Positions 8,212-17,787 of a stretch of 63,371 bases of DNA are shown here, in pieces. The DNA comes from an uncultured virus (IMG/VR IMGVR_UViG_3300021399_004696) (Duplodnaviria > Heunggongvirae > Uroviricota > Caudoviricetes), in IMG/VR virus record IMGVR_UViG_3300021399_004696. One strand, written 5' to 3'. A model generated the notes under the pieces. It saw nothing but the letters and a program-made list of their open reading frames with translations. It had not been told where the DNA came from and searched no databases. Every line of letters begins with the position of its first letter. The first letter of the stretch is position 1. A program made the position numbers and the translations under genes.

Positions 8212-8532
8212 CTAATTCATCAGTTCAAGTACCTTCAAAGTCCGTTCTTGCTCATCTTCTGACATCTCGGATATTTTCTTTATCAAATTCCTATTCAGTT
8301 TAGATTTTGGAATCAGACCTGCCATTTCATCAAGGCTCACACCACATTTCTTCGCATAGACGATAAAGGTCTGGGCGTTACATTTGTGGACCCCACGCTC
8401 GACACTGCTGATATAGTTTTTGGTCAGTCCTGTCGCATCTGCTATCTCTTGCTGTGTCACCTTTGCTGATTCTCTGTAACGCTGAAGCATCTGTCCGAAC
8501 TGCAATGCTTCGGCATCAATCTTTTCTGCCAT
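8212..8532 (-). CDS. XRE-family HTH regulator (possible R-M controller)
   Basis: VTQQEIADATGLTKNYISSVERG helix-turn-helix; divergent from the MTase. Confidence 0.88.
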   Translation of the reverse strand: MAEKIDAEALQFGQMLQRYRESAKVTQQEIADATGLTKNYISSVERGVHKCNAQTFIVYAKKCGVSLDEMAGLIPKSKLNRNLIKKISEMSEDEQERTLKVLELMN

Positions 8533-8667
8533 CTTTTTGTATCCTATCTCACATATTTATAATTGGAAAATTTTATTTTTCATATATAACAGAGAGCATT
8601 ATAAAGGAATCGTGGTACTGCATGCAATAATTTGTGCAGAAAATACCATTTTAATGTTACTCAATAG

Positions 8668-8696
8668 TTGCATTTACAACATTATAGTAGTATAAT
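8668..8696 (+). promoter_or_regulatory. canonical sigmaA promoter of the MTase operon
   Basis: TTGCAT-17bp-TATAAT. Confidence 0.7.
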
Positions 8697-8814
8697 CACT
8701 AATGGATAGTGATACTATAGTGGTACTGATTTGTCTGTCAGGGGACAGGCGTATTTCTTTACCCTTGGAGTACCACTATACCGTTACTTTATAAGAAAGG
8801 ATGTAACAATAGAT

Positions 8815-9810
8815 ATGGCAGCAAATGCAAATTTACATAAAGCAAAGGATGCGAAGAACGACGAATTCTATACTCAGCTCACAGATGTCAGCAAAGAACT
8901 GATGCATTATAAACCGCATTTTAAGGATAAGATTGTTCTTTGTAACTGTGACGACCCCACTTGGTCTGCTTTTTGGAAATATTTTCATTTGAATTTTAGT
9001 CAGCTTGGTTTAAAGAAGCTGATTTCCACTCATTATGATAAGACAGAACCCACATACAAAATGGTATATGAGGGTGGAGATGACAATGATATTGAAGTAG
9101 GTGTAAAGACTCCGCTTGAGGGTAATGGTGATTTTAGGAATCAGGAGTGTCTTGACCTGTTGGACGAGGCAGATATTGTCGTGACGAACCCGCCGTTTAG
9201 TTTATTCCGTGAGTATGTGGCTGTGTTGATGGAACACGAAAAAAAGTTTCTAATTATCGGGAATATGAACGCTATCACCTATAGAGATTTCTTCCCGTTA
9301 TTATCCTCTAATAAAATTTGGGGTGGCTATGAATTTAATAAAACTATGGAATTTATAATGCCTGATGATTATGTGTTGAAAGGTAAGGCTTATGTTGATT
9401 CCGAAGGTCGTAAACATGGTTTTGTTCCTGCAATATGTTGGTACACAAACATGGATATTGCCAAAAGGCATGAAAAAATAGTTTTATGGAAACACTACAC
9501 ACCTGACGAATATCCGCATTATGAAAATTATGATGCGATAGAGGTTAATAAAACCGCAGAAATACCTGTAGATTATGATGGTATCATGGGTGTTCCTATT
9601 ACATTTTTGGGAGCGTATAATCCTGAACAGTTTGAGATTGTGGGTATGGCACATGGAGACGCTGGGGTAGCATTAGGATTAAAACCTTATCCTCGTGAAT
9701 TAAAAAAATTGAACAAAGGAATGAGAGATGGCGATTTGTATTATATGGAAAATGGTATTCCTGTTCTTCCTTATAGGCGTATCCTTATTCGCAAAAAGAA
9801 AGGATGGTAA
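8815..9810 (+). CDS. adenine-specific DNA methyltransferase, EcoRI family
   Basis: AKNDEFYT, LCNCDDP, GDFR, VVTNPPFS, MGVPITF motifs. Confidence 0.9.
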   Translation: MAANANLHKAKDAKNDEFYTQLTDVSKELMHYKPHFKDKIVLCNCDDPTWSAFWKYFHLNFSQLGLKKLISTHYDKTEPTYKMVYEGGDDNDIEVGVKTPLEGNGDFRNQECLDLLDEADIVVTNPPFSLFREYVAVLMEHEKKFLIIGNMNAITYRDFFPLLSSNKIWGGYEFNKTMEFIMPDDYVLKGKAYVDSEGRKHGFVPAICWYTNMDIAKRHEKIVLWKHYTPDEYPHYENYDAIEVNKTAEIPVDYDGIMGVPITFLGAYNPEQFEIVGMAHGDAGVALGLKPYPRELKKLNKGMRDGDLYYMENGIPVLPYRRILIRKKKGW

Positions 9811-9816
9811 GTAATT

Positions 9817-10962
9817 ATGCAAATCACAGAAACAAAAATTAAAGTATCCGAACTCTGTCAGGGTTATACTGACGATGGTGATGGTGGTGTATATGGTTAT
9901 GATGATGGTAATCATAAGCTGACCATCAGACCTGCGTTTCAGAGAGAGTTTGTGTATAAGGACAAGCAGCGTGATGCTGTTATTGAAACTGTTCGTAAAG
10001 GTTATCCTTTGAATGTAATGTACTGGTCAAAGGTAACTGATACAGAGTTCGAGGTTCTTGATGGGCAGCAGAGAACTATTTCTCTTGGTCAATATCTCAA
10101 CGGAGATTTTGCTATCAAGATAAACGGTAATGATAAGTTCTATCATAATCTTACTGATACTGAAAAGCAGCAGATCAAAGATTATGAGCTGACTATTTAT
10201 ATCTGTGATGGCACAGAAGAAGAAAAACTCGAATGGTTCAAAGTCATCAATATTGCAGGCGAGACTCTTACCAATCAGGAACTTTTGAACGCCACCTACG
10301 CAGGAACATGGCTTGCCGATGCAAAGAATTTCTTCTCCAAGCGTAACTGCGTGGCAGGACAGTTTGCAGCCGGCTACATTAAGGGTAATCCTATCAGACA
10401 GGATTATCTTGAAAAGGCTCTTGCTTGGATTGCAGACCGTGACGGTCTTGAATCGGGCGGCACGTATATGGCTATCCATCAGCACGATGCAGACGCAAAT
10501 GACCTTTGGGTTTACTTTCAGGAAGTTATCGGTTGGGCGAAGCGTATGTTCCCGAACATGAGCAAGAAACTTACCGAGTGTCAGGACTGGGGAATCCTTT
10601 ATAACAAGTATCGTAACAAGCAGTACAACACCAACGAGATGCGTACTCTGATTGACAGGCTTCTTCAGGACGAGGATGTTACAAAGCAGACAGGTATCAT
10701 TCCTTATGTTCTCTCCGACAGACAGAAGCATGACGAGAAGTATCTTTCAATCCGTGCCTTCTCTGAACAGATTAAGCGTAGAGTTTATGAGCGTCAGGGT
10801 CACAAGTGTCCGTTCTGCGTAGCAAATGGTGTTGATACTGAATATGCCTTTGGGGAAATGCAGGGCGACCATATCATTCCTTGGTCACAGGGCGGTAGAA
10901 CAGTTGAAGATAACTGTCAGATGCTTTGTCAGAGGTGTAATAACGATAAGTCTGCACAGTGA
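9817..10962 (+). CDS. DUF262 (GmrSD-like) plus C-terminal HNH endonuclease
   Basis: RPAFQREFVY, DGQQRT; C-terminal CPFC..GDHIIPWSQGG..NCQMLCQRCN. Confidence 0.87.
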   Translation: MQITETKIKVSELCQGYTDDGDGGVYGYDDGNHKLTIRPAFQREFVYKDKQRDAVIETVRKGYPLNVMYWSKVTDTEFEVLDGQQRTISLGQYLNGDFAIKINGNDKFYHNLTDTEKQQIKDYELTIYICDGTEEEKLEWFKVINIAGETLTNQELLNATYAGTWLADAKNFFSKRNCVAGQFAAGYIKGNPIRQDYLEKALAWIADRDGLESGGTYMAIHQHDADANDLWVYFQEVIGWAKRMFPNMSKKLTECQDWGILYNKYRNKQYNTNEMRTLIDRLLQDEDVTKQTGIIPYVLSDRQKHDEKYLSIRAFSEQIKRRVYERQGHKCPFCVANGVDTEYAFGEMQGDHIIPWSQGGRTVEDNCQMLCQRCNNDKSAQ

Positions 10963-10972
10963 GGTAACGAAT

Positions 10973-11149
10973 ATGAAGAACAACGATAAGAAAGAAATCA
11001 AATATCTGAATGTCTGTATGGACAAGGCTCTGCACGAAGAATTTGAAGCGTTCTGCAAGGCTCACGGTATGAGCAAGGTTGGAGCGACAGAGCAGGCTAT
11101 CAGACAGTATATGGATAAAATGAACAAGGCACTCAAGAATGTGAAGTAA
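10973..11149 (+). CDS. ribbon-helix-helix (CopG-like) DNA-binding protein
   Basis: KYLNVCMDKALHEEFEAFCKAHGMSK..EQAIRQYM pattern; GAGG RBS. Confidence 0.65.
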   Translation: MKNNDKKEIKYLNVCMDKALHEEFEAFCKAHGMSKVGATEQAIRQYMDKMNKALKNVK

Positions 11150-11155
11150 AAAATA

Positions 11156-11199
11156 AAGCGCCCTTTCTCTTTGGTTGAGAATTGGGTGCTTTTGATTTA
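11156..11199 (+). terminator. intrinsic terminator
   Basis: AAAGCGCCC..GGGTGCTTTT stem plus T-tract. Confidence 0.65.
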
Positions 11200-11327
11200 C
11201 AGGATTTGATGCTTAACTTAACAGCATTGTCGTACTTCCGAGGCCTTCTTTCTTGTAACACCGATATTAAGCTTATAGCTTTCATACATGTAAAGATTAA
11301 GTTAGATATAAAAGGAGGTTTTTAATT

Positions 11328-12311
11328 ATGGACCGTATGACTTTTGAAGATTTTCAGGCTTATATACTTGAAAATATAGACAACTTTTTACCCCCTGAGT
11401 TTAAAGACGGGGATAAGGTTATTGAAGAGATAGCTTCCGCAAAAGGTGTATATACCGGTTTGCGAATTATGCCTAAAGAGGGGGCTATCCGAATATCTCC
11501 TGTTATAGATCTGACTACTATGTATATGTCTGACTATGTGTTAAACGAGAAAAACCTCGTTGCCGAGATCATGCCTAAGATAGCGGATATTTATATGCAC
11601 GCACCCCGTCCGAACATGGCAATGGACCCTTCAAAGTTTATAAAAATGCTGAAGGATTTTAATGCGTGCAAGGATCTGATCTTTCCTAAGGTTATTAACA
11701 AGGCACGTAACATTGAGTATATTTCCGACAAGCCTCATCTGGACTTCGAGGATCTGACCGTCATGTTTGCCGTTAAATTGCCCGGGGATGATAAGCGCGG
11801 GTGGTCGTCTGTTCCTATAACGGAAACGTTACTGGATGCGTGGGGCATTGATCAAAAAACTCTTGAGCAAACGACCTTAGCCAACATTGAAAAAAATTTT
11901 GAGGTCAATACGCTTGAAGGTGTTATAACCGGGCTGAAACCCGTTTCTGATGTAGACGAGCTGAATACAGAAAGTGTTTTGGGGGTTCCTCCAATATATG
12001 TTATAACCAGTCAAGCGGGTATGTTCGGTGCCAATATTATGTATATGGCTTTGCAGCAAAAAGATTCTTTGTTGGACGACGTTAATGATCTGGCCGGAGA
12101 TTTTTATATCATTCCTTCATCGGTGCATGAACTGCTTTTGATCCCCCAGGATTTTGGCGATCCAAGTGACTTGATCGAGATAGTTAAGAACATCAATGCA
12201 ACTGAAGTATCGCTTGAAGACTTCTTGTCAAACAGTATTTATGAATACGATTCGCTTTCTAAAGAAATCGCTAAAGTAAATATCGGTTTTGGAGCAGAAG
12301 ATTCTTTCTGA
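11328..12311 (+). CDS. DUF5688-family protein
   Basis: FYIIPSSVHELLLIP and INATEV..LSNSIYEYD motifs. Confidence 0.75.
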   Translation: MDRMTFEDFQAYILENIDNFLPPEFKDGDKVIEEIASAKGVYTGLRIMPKEGAIRISPVIDLTTMYMSDYVLNEKNLVAEIMPKIADIYMHAPRPNMAMDPSKFIKMLKDFNACKDLIFPKVINKARNIEYISDKPHLDFEDLTVMFAVKLPGDDKRGWSSVPITETLLDAWGIDQKTLEQTTLANIEKNFEVNTLEGVITGLKPVSDVDELNTESVLGVPPIYVITSQAGMFGANIMYMALQQKDSLLDDVNDLAGDFYIIPSSVHELLLIPQDFGDPSDLIEIVKNINATEVSLEDFLSNSIYEYDSLSKEIAKVNIGFGAEDSF

Positions 12312-12340
12312 TATTAAACAGAAAAAGTTTTTATAGTAAA

Positions 12341-12373
12341 GGCTCTCGGGCTTGACCGGCTCGGGGGCTTTTT
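12341..12373 (+). terminator. intrinsic terminator
   Basis: GGCTCTCGGGC..GCTCGGGGGC stem plus TTTTT. Confidence 0.65.
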
Positions 12374-12405
12374 AGTTGAAAAATCTTTATATACAGCGTG
12401 TTTTG

Positions 12406-12436
12406 CCGGGTGTTTATCCTCTGTTCCGGCTACAAT
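12406..12436 (+). promoter_or_regulatory. CCGGG-N20-TACAAT element promoter (dnaN)
   Basis: Recurrent fixed-spacing motif. Confidence 0.65.
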
Positions 12437-12477
12437 AAAGCTACATTAAATCTTAAGCAACAAAGGAGAAAAAGAAG

Positions 12478-13578
12478 ATGAAGTTTACAGCAGATCAGAA
12501 GAACCTAATCAATGCGATCAACACCGTAGCAAAGGCTATCAAGACCAGGACTACTGTTCCTATTCTTACCAACATGCTCATTACGGCAACGGAAGATAAG
12601 GTAACCTTTACGGGTTTTGATCTTGAACTCGGTATTCGTACTAATGTGGACGGCGTACAGATCGAAGAGGCCGGTACATATGCGGTACCCCATAAGAACT
12701 TCCTTGACTTTGTTAAGTCAATGCCTGCAGGCGAGATCACGATCTCTACTAAAGATACGGTAATGACCATTCAGTCGGGCAGATCTAAGATGCGTCTTAC
12801 GGTTCTTGACGGCGCAGAATACCCTAAGATGCCCGAACCTGATACAGATGCGGTATCGTTTGATCTTACTTCGGAGATCTTCTCTGACTGCGTTTCAAGG
12901 ATCATGTATGCCGTAGGTACCGACATGAGCAGAGCAATGCTTACAGGCGTGCATTTTGATGCTTCTGATAACAACCTGACAGTTGTAGCGATCGACGGTT
13001 TCAGGCTCGCTTTAAGAAGAACTAAGACAGACCTTACAGATGCTTTTAAGATGACTGTTCCGGCACAGACACTTGCTGAGATCATCAGACTTTGTCAGGA
13101 CTGGGAAAAGGTTGCTATCAGCAAGTCGGACAAGAACGCGATATTTACAGTAGGTAATACGGTTATCTATTCCAGGCTTATTGCACAGGAGTATGTTAAC
13201 TATCATTCGATCATTTCAGGTAATCCTAAGACAACCGCTACATTCGATAAGGAAAAGTTCCTTGAGTGCTGCGAGAGGGCAAATCTCGTAAGCAACACAT
13301 CGGACAGAAGAGTAGGTTTGGATATCAAGATCAATAACGATACATGCGAACTCAAGACTGTTACTGAAACTTCCGAGTTTGATGATAGCCTCGACTTCAC
13401 AAACTTTAGCGGAGAAAATGTCGATCTGACTGTTAACAGTAAGTATCTGACAGACACGCTGAAGAATATATCCGACAAGGAAGTAGTATTCCAGTTCTCC
13501 GGCGCAACAGCCCCCGTATTCATTAAGCCTACCGAGGGCGACGCATTCTTCTCTATGATTCTTCCTATCAGAAGATAA
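12478..13578 (+). CDS. dnaN: DNA polymerase III beta sliding clamp
   Basis: 366 aa; PILTN, FDLELGI, LTGV, VAIDGFRLA, SRLI..YVNY, C-terminal ILPIR. Confidence 0.93.
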   Translation: MKFTADQKNLINAINTVAKAIKTRTTVPILTNMLITATEDKVTFTGFDLELGIRTNVDGVQIEEAGTYAVPHKNFLDFVKSMPAGEITISTKDTVMTIQSGRSKMRLTVLDGAEYPKMPEPDTDAVSFDLTSEIFSDCVSRIMYAVGTDMSRAMLTGVHFDASDNNLTVVAIDGFRLALRRTKTDLTDAFKMTVPAQTLAEIIRLCQDWEKVAISKSDKNAIFTVGNTVIYSRLIAQEYVNYHSIISGNPKTTATFDKEKFLECCERANLVSNTSDRRVGLDIKINNDTCELKTVTETSEFDDSLDFTNFSGENVDLTVNSKYLTDTLKNISDKEVVFQFSGATAPVFIKPTEGDAFFSMILPIRR

Positions 13579-13604
13579 CTACTTCATCCTCTTTTTTCTC
13601 TGGG

Positions 13605-13642
13605 ACAGGGTTTTGTGCTTTAGGGTGCAAAGCCCTGTTTTT
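13605..13642 (+). terminator. intrinsic terminator
   Basis: ACAGGG..CCCTGT stem plus T-tract. Confidence 0.65.
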
Positions 13643-13651
13643 ATTAGGTTT

Positions 13652-13682
13652 CCGGGCGTTTTTATCTCGAAAATGCGATAAT
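13652..13682 (+). promoter_or_regulatory. CCGGG-N20-GATAAT element promoter
   Basis: Recurrent fixed-spacing motif. Confidence 0.7.
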
Positions 13683-13713
13683 TTATGTATCAAAGAGAAA
13701 GAGAGAAAAGAGT

Positions 13714-15006
13714 ATGAAAAAGACTGAGATCACCCCCATTAGTTTTAATAATCTGTACCCTCTTTACTGTAAAGTGGGGAATAATACCGATCTGGCACGC
13801 ATGTATCAGAAATCGGGTAACCACAGCGTGTTTTACGGCATAGCATGGGATTCTTTTTCCGACCGTTGTTATTTCAAAAAGTACACAAGGATTTACAGAT
13901 ATACTTTCGGTGAGCCTGAGCGTTATATCTGCGATCCTAAGATCGAACCGGTTACCAAGCTTCTGCAGAGCGTTGTGTTTATCAACAAGCAGGAATGGCT
14001 CGATCATCTTCGGGTAAACAAGCCTTATCTGTATGAGTTTCTTGCTGACAAGAATGATACCGAGGTGGTTATAACTGCCATGTTCCCTGGATATGAGATT
14101 CTTTGTAAGGCGGGCTTTAAGGGGTTTGCTCGTACGATCGTAGAAATTGTAGGCAGAAGTAACCGTTATATAGGCCCCGGTGATATAGATGCGTTAAATC
14201 GCCTTGTCGACATTTCAGGCACGAATCCCAAAACGATCTTTAAATGCGATAAGAGTTTGTGGTCTATTATCAAGACACGCGGTAGCCTGGGCATAAAGTT
14301 TTGGGATGAAGTCCGCAAGATGCTCAAGTTCGGTCGCATCAGTTCTGACGCGGTATTGGAGCTTCTCGACAGCCCGAACCTTTTACCTTACATTTCTAAC
14401 ATTTCAAGTATTCTCCGCAAAACATATCGCGGAAGAAAAGTTTTCACATTTGGTTCGCTCGTGAATTATCTGAACAGGATAGATCAGTATGAAGCCATAG
14501 AAGCCAAAGAGGGCCTGCAGCTTTTAGAAGATTACCTCGGGTGTTGTGATTATCTGGGCATGGAGCCTAAGGTTGACGGCGATTCTTTGAAGAGAGAACA
14601 CGATGTAGCAGCTCGTCTTTGCAGGCATCAGAGAAATGAAGTACTGCATAAGGTTCTCGCCGATCGTCTGCAGAAGTACAATGACGGCAGATATAACTAT
14701 CAGGATAAGACTTTCTTTATCAGAGCCATTACCAGTTACGACGATCTTATGGACGAAGCTACGCAACAACACAACTGCCTTGCTTCTTACGCAAACCGCA
14801 TCGCTAACGGAACTTCCAAGATATTCGTCATGAGAAGAGTGGAAAGCCCCAATAAGTCCCTCGTGTCTGTTGAGTTAAGTCCCGAGTGCAACCACATCAG
14901 ACAGAAGTACCTCGCATATAATCAGCCCATCCGAGATAAGGAGATTTCCGATTTCTTAGACACCTGGCTCAATCAATGTAAGAAGATATCTGCCGAGGTC
15001 GCTTAA
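13714..15006 (+). CDS. PcfJ-domain protein
   Basis: LEDYL..LKREHD..DLMDEATQQHNCLASY..IFVMR..SLVSVEL..Q..AYN. Confidence 0.8.
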   Translation: MKKTEITPISFNNLYPLYCKVGNNTDLARMYQKSGNHSVFYGIAWDSFSDRCYFKKYTRIYRYTFGEPERYICDPKIEPVTKLLQSVVFINKQEWLDHLRVNKPYLYEFLADKNDTEVVITAMFPGYEILCKAGFKGFARTIVEIVGRSNRYIGPGDIDALNRLVDISGTNPKTIFKCDKSLWSIIKTRGSLGIKFWDEVRKMLKFGRISSDAVLELLDSPNLLPYISNISSILRKTYRGRKVFTFGSLVNYLNRIDQYEAIEAKEGLQLLEDYLGCCDYLGMEPKVDGDSLKREHDVAARLCRHQRNEVLHKVLADRLQKYNDGRYNYQDKTFFIRAITSYDDLMDEATQQHNCLASYANRIANGTSKIFVMRRVESPNKSLVSVELSPECNHIRQKYLAYNQPIRDKEISDFLDTWLNQCKKISAEVA

Positions 15007-15064
15007 TCGTACTAAAAACAAAAAGGGGAGAGGGGCCTGTTAAGGCCCGGATCTTCCTGGTTTT

Positions 15065-15095
15065 CCGGGCTTTCAGGCCTTAAAAATAAGATAAT
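15065..15095 (+). promoter_or_regulatory. CCGGG-N20-GATAAT element promoter
   Basis: Recurrent fixed-spacing motif. Confidence 0.7.
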
Positions 15096-15127
15096 ATAAG
15101 TATCAAATAAGAGAGGAGATTTCCCCA

Positions 15128-15361
15128 ATGGCAAGACTCATACGATCGCAGAAATTCGAACAGCAGACCGTTTTCGGTAATATCCCGGTATTTGGCTATT
15201 GCATTGACGCCAATACCTACGAGGAAGCAGAAGCAATGGCAAAGGCTCTTTTTAATGTCGATGCCAAGGCGGAAGTAGAGAAGGCCAGAATACAGGCAGC
15301 TTTCGCCAATCAGCCCCCAGACAACGACGACGACTATCTCGACATTTACTTCGACGAGTAA
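15128..15361 (+). CDS. hypothetical protein with acidic tail
   Basis: GAGGAG RBS, own promoter. Confidence 0.7.
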   Translation: MARLIRSQKFEQQTVFGNIPVFGYCIDANTYEEAEAMAKALFNVDAKAEVEKARIQAAFANQPPDNDDDYLDIYFDE

Positions 15362-15592
15362 CAGTAATAGAATATTCAAGGTCGCCCAAACCACATAAAA
15401 ATATTAGAAAGTACCTTATAGGCGATTTGCAACCGGGTGATCTTGCGTATTATAAAAACCAACTGCAGAAAGGAGAAGTTTTTACAAATCAATATCAGAT
15501 TCAGACGGCTCTTTGGATAAGGGCCGTCATTTTTGTCTGTAAAACAACCCTTTAAGACCCCTTCAACTTTTCTTTTTTCAGCATCGTTTTTG

Positions 15593-15623
15593 CCGGGTGT
15601 TTTCCTTTTTGCAATGCCATAAT
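15593..15623 (+). promoter_or_regulatory. CCGGG-N20-CATAAT element promoter
   Basis: Recurrent fixed-spacing motif. Confidence 0.7.
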
Positions 15624-15655
15624 AAACATATCGAATACGAAAGGAGCATTCCCAC

Positions 15656-16660
15656 ATGGATGATGAAGAGATGAAGTTTACCGTATCTAAGGCGGAGATC
15701 GTTGAGTATGTCAAGGTTCCTGAAAACATTTTTGACCTAGCGCTCAAAATGAACGAGGACGAGGTTAAGTCCGAGTATTGCATCGGACTTGACGGAACCG
15801 TTACTTTTTCGCCTAAGGCTGTCGATGTCATGGACGCATACTTTGACGAGTATGAAGAGAAGAAGTTTACTTTCGGTGATATCGCCAAGGGTTACGACAA
15901 GAGCGCAGAGGAACTGGTCACACTTTTGACCGGTTACGCAAAGGCAATGGGCACAGAGGTATCAGAACTGATAACTTCATATAAGAAATCCGGACAGGGT
16001 GAAAAGGCGTTTTCGATCAAGGGTTCCGACCTGGGCATCGTGATCGACCTTATCAATCTTGCCGAAGAAGACAAAGGAGAAGAGAAGGACATGTCAGAAC
16101 AGACAAACACTACAAACACTCAGGGTGCGATCGATTTCGGAGAGGCAGATCTGCCCGTTGAGGTCAAGACAGACGAACCCGCTCCCGCCAAGACTGAAGC
16201 AGATCAGAAGACGAAAAAGATAAGCAAGCCTGAGGGCTGCGATCCTTTCTTTGATGCCGTAAATAAGTCCGGCGAGATCAAGGAGCAGGACAAGGCAGTA
16301 CAGGCTGACGCAGAAAAGACTGCTAAGGCTAATGCTGAGGCTGCGAAGAAGGTCGCAGAGAGCAAGCCTGTTAAGAGAGGGCGTAAGTCCAGATTCGCAC
16401 TTGATAAGAAGATCGTCGCTGAGGATATCGATCAGAATGCAGTTGAGATCAAGTCGATCCGTACTTTCCTTATTGACAGTAAGGTTATCAAGCTCGAAGA
16501 GATCGCAGTCATGAGCGATAAGGAGATCTTTGATCAGTTCAACAAGGATTACTTCGCATTTAACAGCGAGAAGGGCCTTGTATTCATCAACAGAGCTTGG
16601 CTCAAGGCGAACATCGCAGATATTACTGACAATGTATTTGTCATATCTGACGAGGCATAA
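15656..16660 (+). CDS. hypothetical protein
   Basis: Long ORF, AAGGAG RBS, strong codon bias. Confidence 0.8.
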   Translation: MDDEEMKFTVSKAEIVEYVKVPENIFDLALKMNEDEVKSEYCIGLDGTVTFSPKAVDVMDAYFDEYEEKKFTFGDIAKGYDKSAEELVTLLTGYAKAMGTEVSELITSYKKSGQGEKAFSIKGSDLGIVIDLINLAEEDKGEEKDMSEQTNTTNTQGAIDFGEADLPVEVKTDEPAPAKTEADQKTKKISKPEGCDPFFDAVNKSGEIKEQDKAVQADAEKTAKANAEAAKKVAESKPVKRGRKSRFALDKKIVAEDIDQNAVEIKSIRTFLIDSKVIKLEEIAVMSDKEIFDQFNKDYFAFNSEKGLVFINRAWLKANIADITDNVFVISDEA

Positions 16661-16784
16661 CAACAACTACGGTAATCCTTAGCGATCTTTTAAGGATTAT
16701 GGTGTTAAAGGAGGTGGTGAGCTTAATGCTCATTGAACCGGGCCTTCAATAGAAGGTTTCAGATTATTTGATCCATAAAACCAC

Positions 16785-16820
16785 GCAGAAGCATTCCGGA
16801 TTAAGGGGTGCTTCTGTTTT
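16785..16820 (+). terminator. intrinsic terminator
   Basis: GCAGAAGCA..TGCTTCTG stem plus TTTT. Confidence 0.65.
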
Positions 16821-16825
16821 ATATT

Positions 16826-16856
16826 CCGGGCGTTTTTTATCGGAAAATCCGATAAT
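16826..16856 (+). promoter_or_regulatory. CCGGG-N20-GATAAT element promoter
   Basis: Recurrent fixed-spacing motif. Confidence 0.7.
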
Positions 16857-16877
16857 AAAAGAGTAAGGAGAATATGT

Positions 16878-17090
16878 ATGTCTATAAATATCATGCAATG
16901 TTTTGAATACCAACTTGAATGCGATATATGCGGTGCTTGGGAAGTGGTCCACACCGGAGATTCTGACGATCACTATTCAAATGAATATGTTCACGACAGA
17001 CGAACGGCACTCAGGGTTTGCGGGTTTCATGAAAGCTATGGGCAGATCATATGTGATAAGTGCTTTAAGAAAAGAAAGAGCAAGCAATAA
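16878..17090 (+). CDS. small zinc-finger protein
   Basis: CDIC..CDKC; RBS. Confidence 0.7.
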   Translation: MSINIMQCFEYQLECDICGAWEVVHTGDSDDHYSNEYVHDRRTALRVCGFHESYGQIICDKCFKKRKSKQ

Positions 17091-17111
17091 CTTATAAGGG
17101 GGCTGTTTAAT

Positions 17112-17489
17112 ATGTCTTACACAAATCTTTGGGATGAAACAATAAAGGCTTTGAAAGAAAAAGGCTATGGTTGGGATGATGTAATCCATGTCTTTGTTAA
17201 GGACGGGTGCTGCATCACCAAGGAAACCTTCGAAAAGATTGCCAAGACAACCAATTATGATAACGGATTTGGGTGCGGAGTAGAGGGCGTTCCAATGGGG
17301 TTGATCATCGCCGGTACAGACTTCTGGTTTTCTCGCTGTGAATACGACGGAGCTACCTGGTGGGGATTCAATAAATATCCTGAGATCCCTAACCAGACCA
17401 GAGAAGTAAACAACATTTGGCAGGCAACCATTTACGACGGGTTTCAGAACTATCTAACTAACGGAGCGGAGGGGTATCATGGCTTGTAA
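17112..17489 (+). CDS. hypothetical protein (C-terminus YHGL)
   Basis: YDNGFG..RCEYDGATWW, a motif type seen in phage/MGE proteins. Confidence 0.75.
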   Translation: MSYTNLWDETIKALKEKGYGWDDVIHVFVKDGCCITKETFEKIAKTTNYDNGFGCGVEGVPMGLIIAGTDFWFSRCEYDGATWWGFNKYPEIPNQTREVNNIWQATIYDGFQNYLTNGAEGYHGL

Positions 17490-17787
17490 AGACGGTTCTT
17501 TTAACATTGAAGTTTTGAATAAGTGCCCGGTTTGCGGAGGCGCTTTATACACCAGTCAGATAGGGGAATATACTATCGACCACCGGATCGGGTTATTTGG
17601 GCGCGAGTTAAAAGCCACTAAGAAGAAAACAGACTTGGGGCCTGTTGAAGGACTTCAGATCTATTGCGAAAAGGGTGATTTCGTAACAGATTTTGATTTG
17701 CATATAGAAAAGCCTGAAAATATGGTGCGTTGTAATATTTATCGCGGTAAACAGGACGTGTTCTATCTGGAGAAGGAAGATGAATAG
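17479..17787 (+). CDS. hypothetical protein (CxxC)
   Basis: Coupled ORF. Confidence 0.65.
   Translation: MACKDGSFNIEVLNKCPVCGGALYTSQIGEYTIDHRIGLFGRELKATKKKTDLGPVEGLQIYCEKGDFVTDFDLHIEKPENMVRCNIYRGKQDVFYLEKEDE

Noticed and set aside
10027..10731. Long minus-strand ORFs opposite real genes (also 16094-16666, 42974-43639, 43697-44461, 45752-46330)
   Set aside because: Antisense shadows of well-supported + strand CDSs
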